Positions 1 through 5,586 are shown, counted from the stretch's first letter. The stretch is 8,140 bases of DNA from Candidatus Electronema aureum (GCA_004284765.1 NQJD01000065.1:1-8140); one strand, 5' to 3'. The notes: a model not told the origin generated them from the sequence alone. Numbers and translations are program-made.

Positions 1-233
1 AAATTCCCAAAAATTCTCTTGTTGTGATGGACAACGCAAGTTTTCATAAATCAGAAAAAACGAAGGAGCTTGTGAAAAAGTTTTCTTGCAGGCTGCTTTT
101 TTTGCCGCCTTATTCCCCTGATTTAAATCCAATAGAAAAATTTTGGGCTTCCATGAAGGCGAAAATTAAAAAAATAGCTGACGGCATCAAGAGTTTAAGC
201 GTTTGCGTTGAGACGGTTTTCCAGACGATCTAA
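1..233 (+). CDS. IS630-family (Tc1/mariner-like) DDE transposase, C-terminal fragment; the 5' end lies outside the window
   Basis: The frame is open from base 3 (IPKNSLVVMDNASFHK...), so the ATG listed at 24 is internal. The blocks VMDNASFHK and LPPYSPDLNPIEKFW match the second Asp and the Glu of the IS630 catalytic domain, with exactly 34 residues between D and E (DD(34)E). Stop TAA at 231-233. Spot GC is about 28-47%, lower than the adjacent pst genes. Confidence 0.85.
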   Translation, partial: IPKNSLVVMDNASFHKSEKTKELVKKFSCRLLFLPPYSPDLNPIEKFWASMKAKIKKIADGIKSLSVCVETVFQTI

Positions 234-270
234 AAACTGAAATACTATAATCCATCTCAATCTCATAATA
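1..270 (+). mobile_element. Right-hand end of an IS630-family insertion sequence; outer boundary not resolved
   Basis: Transposase 3' end plus an AT-rich tail (234-270). The left inverted repeat is outside the window, so the terminal IR and TA target duplication cannot be identified. The end coordinate is a guess placed before the GC-rich hairpin at 273. Confidence 0.45.
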
Positions 271-272
271 CA

Positions 273-296
273 AGGGGCGAAAAATCTTTCGCCCCT
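273..296 (-). terminator. Stem-loop between convergent pstA and the transposase; probable intrinsic terminator for the pst operon
   Basis: Perfect 10-bp stem aggggcgaaa (273-282) / tttcgcccct (287-296) with loop aatc. On the minus strand it lies 14 nt after the pstA stop and is followed by ttgtattatg, which is only moderately U-rich. Confidence 0.5.
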
Positions 297-310
297 GCTA
301 TGCAAAAGCT

Positions 311-1156
311 CTACTTCCTCTTCCCGCCGACAATCAACCGCGCTGTCAAATTCAGCAGGAGCACGGTGATCATGATCACCAGCGAAGCCCCCCAAGCGAC
401 TTGGTTCCAGTCGTCATACGGCGACATGGCGTATTGGTAGATGGTGACGGTCAGGTTGGCGACCGGCTCATTGAGCGACTTCATCATATACGGGCTGTTC
501 AGAGCAGTGAAGAGCAGCGGCGCGGTCTCGCCGCTGACCCTTGCCACTGAGAGCAGCACGCCGGTGATCAGGCCGGACTTGGCTGCCCGGAAGAGAATGC
601 TCAGGGTCGCCATCCAGCGCGGGTTGCCAATGGCAAGGGCAGCCTCGCGCAGGGCGTTTGGCACCATGCTCAACATGTCGTCAGTGGTGCGGGCCACGAC
701 TGGAAACATCAGGATGGCCAAAGACACGCCGCCTGCGAGGCCGGAGAAGCGGCCAAAGGGAAAGACAAGGATCGAATAAACAAAAAGGCCGATGATGATC
801 GAAGGAATGCCCATCAGCATGTTGACCGTGAAACGCACCCACGCGCCGAGGCGAGTGTGCTTGCCGAACTCGGCCAGATACACCCCGGCCAGCACGCCTG
901 TCGGCACGCCGATCAGGATGGCGATGCCGGTCATCAGCACAGTGCCGATAATGGCATTCATCACGCCGCCGCCTTCCATGCCTGGCGGCGTGGGCAGCTT
1001 AGTGAAGAAGTCCCAGCTGATTGCCGCAATGCCGCGTTGGATGACGACAAAGAGTATCCAGCCGAGAAAGAAGATGCCAAGCAAAGCCGCGCCAAAGGAC
1101 ACTGCCTTGACCGTGAAATCAAGCAGCTTGCGGCCCTTGTCTGAACGAGGAGTCAC
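311..1156 (-). CDS. pstA: Phosphate ABC transporter permease PstA
   Basis: 281-aa polytopic membrane protein. The C-terminal half (LREAALAIGNPRW...ARVSGETAPLLFTAL...VANLTVTIYQYAMSPYDDW) matches my recollection of E. coli PstA (LREAAYALGTPKW...GETAPLLFTAL...ANLPVTIFKFAMSP). GTG start at 1156 overlaps the pstC TGA as GTGA, indicating translational coupling. Stop TAG at 311-313. Confidence 0.93.
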   Translation of the reverse strand: MTPRSDKGRKLLDFTVKAVSFGAALLGIFFLGWILFVVIQRGIAAISWDFFTKLPTPPGMEGGGVMNAIIGTVLMTGIAILIGVPTGVLAGVYLAEFGKHTRLGAWVRFTVNMLMGIPSIIIGLFVYSILVFPFGRFSGLAGGVSLAILMFPVVARTTDDMLSMVPNALREAALAIGNPRWMATLSILFRAAKSGLITGVLLSVARVSGETAPLLFTALNSPYMMKSLNEPVANLTVTIYQYAMSPYDDWNQVAWGASLVIMITVLLLNLTARLIVGGKRK

Positions 1157-2118
1157 AGCAGGTCGCCTCCCATTTTGCGTTTCACCCGCTTGAGCCAGAG
1201 CTGCGTGACCACTTGCAGGCCAAAGGTCATCAGGAAAAGCACCAAGCCCAGTTCCATCAAGGCACTCATATACATCGGATCAGAAGCTTCAGCGAATTCA
1301 TTGGCTAAGCGCGAGGCGATGCTGTTGCCTGCTTCAAAGAGGGAGATGAAGATGTCGCTGCTGTTGCCGATGACAAAGGTCACGGCCATAGTCTCGCCAA
1401 TAGCCCGGCCCAAGCCGAGCAGGCAGGCACCGATCATGCCCTGAATGCCGTAGCGGATGGTCACGTCCTTGGTCACTTCCCAGGTGGTCGCGCCCATGCC
1501 GTAGCCCGCTTCTTTCATTACATCCGGCACCATGGCAAAGACATCGCGCATCACCGTGCTGACAAAGGGCAGGATCATCAAAGCAAGGATGATGCCTGCG
1601 GTCATCATGCCAATGCCCATCTCCGGCCCTTGAAAGAGCGGCAGCCAGCCGAGGTATTTCGACAGCAGCGGCTGCACGTTGTCGGCCATGAAGGGCGCGA
1701 AGACGAACAATCCCCACATGCCGTAGATGATGCTCGGCACAGCCGCCAGCAGCTCAATCGCGCTGCCGACCACGTAGCTGATTTTGGGCGGGGCTAATTC
1801 AACCAAAAAGAGGGCGATGACCATGCTCAGAGGCACGGCCAGCAGCATGGCGATGGCCGTGGACATCAGCGTGCCGTAGATGCTGCTCAGTGCGCCGAAT
1901 TCGTTGCTGACCGGATCCCAGGCTTTGGAGAAGAGAAAGCTGATGCCGGAATGCCGGATGGAAGGCAGCGAGTTCCAGACTAAGGAAACAAAGATGCCCG
2001 CCATGACAACCAGCACCAAGCCTGCACAGGCGGCGGTGATGCCCCGGAAGATCAGATCGGTGCTGCGGCTGGTCTTCCAGCCTTGATGCCGTTCGGTTTG
2101 GCCGTGATGATGCTCCAT
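1153..2118 (-). CDS. pstC: Phosphate ABC transporter permease PstC
   Basis: 321-aa polytopic membrane protein with the EAA-loop region MKEAGYGMGATTWEV...LGLGRAIGETMAVTFVIGN typical of PstC. ATG at 2118 is preceded by gagaacgagc. Position between pstS and pstA matches the canonical operon order. Confidence 0.93.
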   Translation of the reverse strand: MEHHHGQTERHQGWKTSRSTDLIFRGITAACAGLVLVVMAGIFVSLVWNSLPSIRHSGISFLFSKAWDPVSNEFGALSSIYGTLMSTAIAMLLAVPLSMVIALFLVELAPPKISYVVGSAIELLAAVPSIIYGMWGLFVFAPFMADNVQPLLSKYLGWLPLFQGPEMGIGMMTAGIILALMILPFVSTVMRDVFAMVPDVMKEAGYGMGATTWEVTKDVTIRYGIQGMIGACLLGLGRAIGETMAVTFVIGNSSDIFISLFEAGNSIASRLANEFAEASDPMYMSALMELGLVLFLMTFGLQVVTQLWLKRVKRKMGGDLL

Positions 2119-2141
2119 GCTCGTTCTCAGAAAACAGATTG

Positions 2142-2168
2142 CGGGCAGGAAGACCGCCTTCCTGCCCG
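2142..2168 (-). terminator. GC-rich hairpin plus U-tract just upstream of pstC; candidate partial terminator or attenuator separating pstS from the permease genes
   Basis: Perfect 11-bp stem cgggcaggaag (2142-2152) / cttcctgcccg (2158-2168) with loop accgc. On the minus strand it is followed by caatctgttttctg, and then pstC starts at 2118. High pstS relative to low pstCAB expression is well known for pst operons. Confidence 0.45.
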
Positions 2169-2200
2169 TGTGCCGCGCTGCGGTTCAGGTCTGCCGGACC

Positions 2201-2291
2201 ATAGCGCTTATGTCCGGTGGACTATAACGCTTACATCGGTGGGACATAAGCACTTAGGTCGGAGCGACCTAAGCACTATAATCGGCGCGTC
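2201..2291. repeat. Four degenerate tandem repeats of 22-23 bp with nested palindromes (REP/BIME-like intergenic element)
   Basis: Units: ATAGCGCTTATGTCCGGTGGACT (2201-2223), ATAACGCTTACATCGGTGGGAC (2224-2245), ATAAGCACTTAGGTCGGAGCGAC (2246-2268), CTAAGCACTATAATCGGCGCGTC (2269-2291). Neighbouring units are about 70-78% identical by hand alignment. Perfect palindrome cttaggtcg-gag-cgacctaag at 2253-2273. A 10-bp inverted repeat pairs 2206-2215 with 2242-2251. Confidence 0.55.
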
Positions 2292-2546
2292 TCAAACCTT
2301 TTCCTCTTTCAGGCAGAACCAAAGCTCGTCCAGCTTCATTGAACGCACCCGTTTCGGTGCCCAGTGATGCTTCTGCATCAAATAATAATGCACTGCCTCC
2401 AGGCCGGACACCTGCTCATACTTCTCGCGCTTGGCCAGCTTGTCGCCGATTTCCGCCAAGAGCTGCACGTTGATGACGGGCGGTGTGCCCTTGTGCTCGG
2501 CCTCGGCCAGCTCGGCCTCGGTATGAACTTTCTTGCTTTTGGTCAT
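2292..2546 (-). CDS. Hypothetical 84-aa protein encoded between pstS and pstC; no family recognised
   Basis: The ATG at 2546 is preceded by a consensus AAGGAG with a 7-nt spacer, so I prefer it to the upstream ATG at 2570. Third-position GC bias and codon choice resemble the flanking host genes. Charged and helical-looking (MTKSKKVHTEAELAEAEHKG...HYYLMQKHHWAPKRVRSMKLDELWFCLKEEKV). Stop TGA at 2292-2294. Confidence 0.6.
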   Translation of the reverse strand: MTKSKKVHTEAELAEAEHKGTPPVINVQLLAEIGDKLAKREKYEQVSGLEAVHYYLMQKHHWAPKRVRSMKLDELWFCLKEEKV

Positions 2547-2571
2547 GTTGCTGCTCCTTGCTTGTTGCATT

Positions 2572-2627
2572 GGGCAGGCACGGGGGTGTCTGCCCCTACC
2601 GTAGGGGCGAACCCCTGTGTTCGCCCC
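2572..2627 (-). other. Cluster of three overlapping GC-rich hairpins immediately downstream of pstS (RNA stabiliser or processing structure rather than a classical terminator)
   Basis: Hairpin A: ggggcgaac (2604-2612) / gttcgcccc (2619-2627), 9 bp. Hairpin B: gggcag..ctgccc (2572-2595), extendable to 10 bp with one mismatch. Palindrome C: cccctac-c-gtagggg (2593-2607), which shares bases with both A and B, so the structures are mutually exclusive. No U-tract follows any of them on the minus strand. Confidence 0.5.
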
Positions 2628-2637
2628 GGATGTCCAA

Positions 2638-3696
2638 TCAGTTTGCAGGCCAGACCGGCTTGCCGCCAGCGGTGATTTCCTTGGCCCAGGTCTCCTGCAC
2701 CATCTGGATCACGTTCTCCGGCATGGTGACATAATGCAGCTTCTCAGCGGTCTCTTTGCCGTGCTTGTAAGCCCAGTCAAAGAACTTGAGCGTGGCTGCG
2801 GCGATGTCCGCCTTGTCATGCTGCTTGTACACAAGGATGTAGGACACGCCGGTGATCGGCCAGCTTTCCTTGCCCGGCTGGTCAGTGAGGAAGAGGCCGA
2901 AGCCTTCCTCTGCCTTCCACTCGGCGTTGGCCGCAGCGGCTTGGAAGGTGGCGCTGGTCGGCTCAACCTCGCCGCCGTCGCGGTTGCGCAGCTTGACATG
3001 GGAGAGCTTGTTCTGCAAGGCATAGGCGTACTCCACATAGCCGATGGAGCCGTTGACCTTGCGCACATAGGCGGACACGCCCTCATTGCCCTTGCCGCCC
3101 ACGCCCACCGGCCATTCCACGGTCTTGCCTGCGCCGATCTTCTCCTTCCACTCCGGCGAAACCTTGGCCAAGTAGTTGGTGAAGATGCTGGTGGTGCCGG
3201 AGCCGTCAGCGCGGCGCACCACAGTGATCTTCTGCTCCGGCAGCTGGAGGCCTGGGTTCAGGCCAGCAATGGCCGGGTCGTTCCATGTATTGACTTTGCC
3301 AAGAAAGATATCCGCCACCAAGGCGTTCGTCAACAGCATCTTGCCCGGCTCAATGCCTTTGACATTGATGATCGGCACCACGCCGCCCATGATCATCGGG
3401 AACTGGAGCAGGCCGACCTGATTCAGCTCCTCGGTCTTCAGCGGATCGTCAGACGCGCCGAAGTCAACTGTCTTGGCCTTGATCTGGGCGATGCCGCCGC
3501 CGGAGCCGATGGACTGGTAGTTGACCTGCACGCCGGTCAGCTGATTGTACTGATGCGCCCACTGGCCATAGACCGGGAAGGGGAAGGACGCGCCTGCGCC
3601 GCTGACGGCCTGCGCCGCTGCGGGACTGTGGCTGCTCAACGCGGCGGCCAAGGTGATGACGGCTGCCGCTGTCCAACGAAATGCGTTCAATTTCAT
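2638..3696 (-). CDS. pstS: Periplasmic phosphate-binding protein PstS
   Basis: 352 aa with a Sec signal peptide (MKLNAFRWTAAAVITLAAALSSHSPAAAQA). The mature part aligns by eye along its length with E. coli PstS (GAGASFPFPVYGQWA / GAGATFPAPVYAKWA; VNYQSIGSGGGI; VDFGASDDPL; VVRRADGSGTT; GYVEYAYA; FFDWAY). RBS gaggaaaa lies upstream of the ATG at 3696. Confidence 0.95.
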   Translation of the reverse strand: MKLNAFRWTAAAVITLAAALSSHSPAAAQAVSGAGASFPFPVYGQWAHQYNQLTGVQVNYQSIGSGGGIAQIKAKTVDFGASDDPLKTEELNQVGLLQFPMIMGGVVPIINVKGIEPGKMLLTNALVADIFLGKVNTWNDPAIAGLNPGLQLPEQKITVVRRADGSGTTSIFTNYLAKVSPEWKEKIGAGKTVEWPVGVGGKGNEGVSAYVRKVNGSIGYVEYAYALQNKLSHVKLRNRDGGEVEPTSATFQAAAANAEWKAEEGFGLFLTDQPGKESWPITGVSYILVYKQHDKADIAAATLKFFDWAYKHGKETAEKLHYVTMPENVIQMVQETWAKEITAGGKPVWPAN

Positions 3697-3782
3697 GATG
3701 GGATTTTCCTCGCTTGCGGTTGGCTGCTGATTTTTGTTACGATAAACGACTTATGTGTCCGCTTCAACGTTTTTCGTGAACC

Positions 3783-3814
3783 ACGATATCCAAGCCGTGT
3801 TAGGAAAATGTGAG
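3783..3814 (-). promoter_or_regulatory. Candidate Pho box plus -10 element for pstS (weak call)
   Basis: The minus strand reads CTCACAT-TTTC-CTAACAC (3814-3797). These are two 7-mers at 11-bp spacing, each matching 5/7 of the E. coli Pho-box half-site CTGTCAT/C with a T-rich spacer. It is followed after 8 nt by TATCGT (3788-3783). It lies about 100 nt upstream of the pstS ATG. No other evidence. Confidence 0.3.
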
Positions 3815-3856
3815 GATGGGATAAAAAATGCGTCGGCCACTGAAAAATATCGCTTA

Positions 3857-3935
3857 TTACCTGTCCTCATCCACCTTAAACCCACCCGCCCACGAGATCA
3901 GCTTGATCTAACGCAGGGTTTCCTTGGCCGTAAAG
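3857..3935 (-). pseudogene. Degraded partial duplicate of the DUF1232 gene at 5630-5878
   Basis: 3868-3902 aligns to 5656-5690 (32/35 identical) and 3903-3935 aligns to 5796-5828 (28/33). The intervening 105 bp of the intact gene is missing, and the junction falls in an 8-bp repeat AGATCAGC present at 5683-5690 and 5788-5795. The remnant keeps the frame but carries an in-frame TAG (3908-3910, where the intact copy has TAT) and lacks the first 17 or so codons. It ends at its own TAA (3857-3859). Confidence 0.7.
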
Positions 3936-3987
3936 CATTTTTCATCATCAGGACGGTGCAGGGTAGAGGATTAAACTGCTCCAGCTA

Positions 3988-5586
3988 TTATTCATCGTTC
4001 CTTGAATCGGGTATTTTTTCTATTATGCACTTAGAGTTATCGGATGGTATTAATTCTATATCTACCAAGTCACCAATATTAATCTTCTCATATTGATTAT
4101 TTATTACTTTTGTCTTTACATCTGTAAATGTTTCTGACAGCTTTGGAAGAGGCAATTCTTTGTCGAATAGTTTGATTTTCCCGTGTTCGGATTGGTCTAC
4201 CCTAAAATAGATAGATTTCTCTTGATTATTGTATAATATTATTGAATCGCTATTAACTTCCATTTGTTTGATACATAGAGATTTGTTGTATGGGATAACA
4301 GATGAGCCATCTGATAATACCTTATGAATTATTTTTACTTCTGAATATATATCATCCGTTAGTTCAAATAAACTATTATAACATAGCTGATATTTCAATT
4401 TTCTCGATATATCCCTCGCCATCCTGATAAAGTCTAAATAAATAAACTGAGTTGAAAACGATGAGTTCTCGGCGCATTTCTCTGAACACGTTGAAAATAG
4501 AATTCTCCCTTCGCTTTCCACTGAAACAGTCAATATCCAATTATTATTTATCTTGTAGTAAAGATCATAAATTTGGTCAAAATATTGCATTTTATTCAAC
4601 TCACGTCCATCCCATATCTTATAATTTACAGTAATTCTATATTCAACTTTTGCAAGCCCACTTTCTCGGTCAAAAAATATTCCGATTTTTATCAAGAACA
4701 ATCCTCCTAATCCTTCTGCTTTTATGGTCGCTGACTCAGTTCCAGAAACCTCGTCACCGTGCAAATCATAAAATGATACTTCAGATTTCAAATCTGGAGA
4801 TATTGTTTTAATTCTAACTAAAATTGTTCTCTTGCAAGAACAACCTAAGTATATTTTTGAATTTTCATTTATTTCCAAACTTGGAAGTCCTTCAATTTTA
4901 ACTTCGCTGCTGTCAAAAGATACGCAGCTTCCATGCTTAATTAATTCTTTAAACTTTTCGGTCTTTACTGTTAATTTAACATCAATGGGTTCCTTTGGAT
5001 GAAGGAAATGATGAGTTTCTCCGTTGTAAAAATTTGTCTTAACAGTAAATCTTGGATCTAACTTTTCTATATAACCTGATGCAGCCTTGCTGGCATTTGG
5101 CATCAAATTAGGAAGAAAAACCGATGTCTGCCCTGTTGCCGCCGCTACCAGAGTATTTATCGCATCCTGTTCATCAGGAAGTTTTTTTCCTTGCTCACGC
5201 TTTGCGCTTTCCTCCGCCTTCTTTTTCCATTCATGCAGCAATGCTACAGTATATGTTTCCTCATCTTTATCAATTTTGTCAGCACAATTTGCACATAACC
5301 AGATTCCATTTGTTATGGATTGTCTCTCTTCAGATTCTAATGCCTTATTGTAACGCCTGGCACCAGGTCCGGGGGCAGCCGCTGTGATGTGCGCAGCCTC
5401 GCCGATGCTGTTTACTTTTTCCGACCCTTCATCAGATGGCGCATCAGTTGGGACGCGGCACTCAGGATTTGAACATCTGTTTCCTGCTCTTCTTCGTAAC
5501 GAATTTATTGTTTTCTGAGAGAAATCATCTCTGTTGTTCTTCTTTTGCGAGACGGTCATGTTCTGTTTTAATATGGTGTCTTGCAT
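3988..5586 (-). CDS. 532-aa protein: N-terminal HNH (beta-beta-alpha-Me)/zinc-ribbon nuclease-like domain fused to an uncharacterised C-terminal region of about 360 aa
   Basis: Long uninterrupted ORF in very AT-rich DNA, which is unlikely by chance. Residues about 30-112 (nt 5251-5499) carry C38-x4-C43 ... GEAAH66ITAAAPGPGARRY ... ITN93GIWLC98ANC101ADKID. This is the layout of Cys4 HNH nucleases: catalytic His in AHI, structural Asn, and two Cys pairs. The remainder (FTVKTNFYNGETHHF ... IELIPSDNSKCIIEKIPDSRNDE) looks beta-rich and I recognise no motifs. The start at 5586 has only a weak AAGG 10 nt upstream. Confidence 0.8.
   Translation of the reverse strand: MQDTILKQNMTVSQKKNNRDDFSQKTINSLRRRAGNRCSNPECRVPTDAPSDEGSEKVNSIGEAAHITAAAPGPGARRYNKALESEERQSITNGIWLCANCADKIDKDEETYTVALLHEWKKKAEESAKREQGKKLPDEQDAINTLVAAATGQTSVFLPNLMPNASKAASGYIEKLDPRFTVKTNFYNGETHHFLHPKEPIDVKLTVKTEKFKELIKHGSCVSFDSSEVKIEGLPSLEINENSKIYLGCSCKRTILVRIKTISPDLKSEVSFYDLHGDEVSGTESATIKAEGLGGLFLIKIGIFFDRESGLAKVEYRITVNYKIWDGRELNKMQYFDQIYDLYYKINNNWILTVSVESEGRILFSTCSEKCAENSSFSTQFIYLDFIRMARDISRKLKYQLCYNSLFELTDDIYSEVKIIHKVLSDGSSVIPYNKSLCIKQMEVNSDSIILYNNQEKSIYFRVDQSEHGKIKLFDKELPLPKLSETFTDVKTKVINNQYEKINIGDLVDIELIPSDNSKCIIEKIPDSRNDE

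Noticed and set aside
234-272. Attempt to define the IS630 terminal inverted repeat and TA target duplication
   Set aside because: The left end of the element is outside the window, so no IR pairing can be tested. Several TA dinucleotides are present and any choice would be arbitrary.
2201-2291. Tandem repeats considered as a CRISPR array
   Set aside because: The units are only 22-23 bp, directly contiguous with no spacers, degenerate (70-78% identity) and number only four. No cas genes are present. A REP-like or protein-binding repeat is a better description.
2547-2570. Upstream ATG at 2570 that would extend the small pstS-pstC ORF to 92 aa
   Set aside because: The consensus AAGGAG lies inside this extension and is perfectly spaced for the ATG at 2546. 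No SD precedes 2570, which sits at the foot of a hairpin.
3697-3782. Second possible Pho-box-like stretch (GACACAT-AAGT-CGTTTAT) and AAAAAT as a -10 closer to pstS
   Set aside because: The second half-site matches only about 4/7 and the spacing to the putative -10 is poor. It is not distinguishable from chance, so I kept only the better upstream candidate, and that at low confidence.
2617-3813. 398-aa ORF on the plus strand, the second-longest ORF in the window
   Set aside because: It is exactly antisense to pstS, whose identity is unambiguous. The translation is Ala/Gly/Arg/Leu-rich and low-complexity, as expected for a shadow frame in GC-rich coding DNA. It has no motifs and no RBS.
3755-4096. 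113-aa plus-strand ORF spanning the pstS upstream region, the DUF1232 relic and the 3' end of the HNH-fusion gene
   Set aside because: It crosses three unrelated sequence segments, runs antisense to the relic and to the HNH gene, and has no RBS or recognisable motif. It is most likely a chance open frame.
4452-5387. Plus-strand ORFs of 60-88 aa (4452-4634, 5087-5353, 5124-5387) inside the low-GC region, considered as possible antitoxin or immunity genes
   Set aside because: They lie wholly within and antisense to the 532-aa ORF, have no SD-like sequence, and translate to Ser/Phe/Leu-rich strings typical of antisense AT-rich DNA. I cannot exclude an antisense RNA, but nothing in the sequence supports one.
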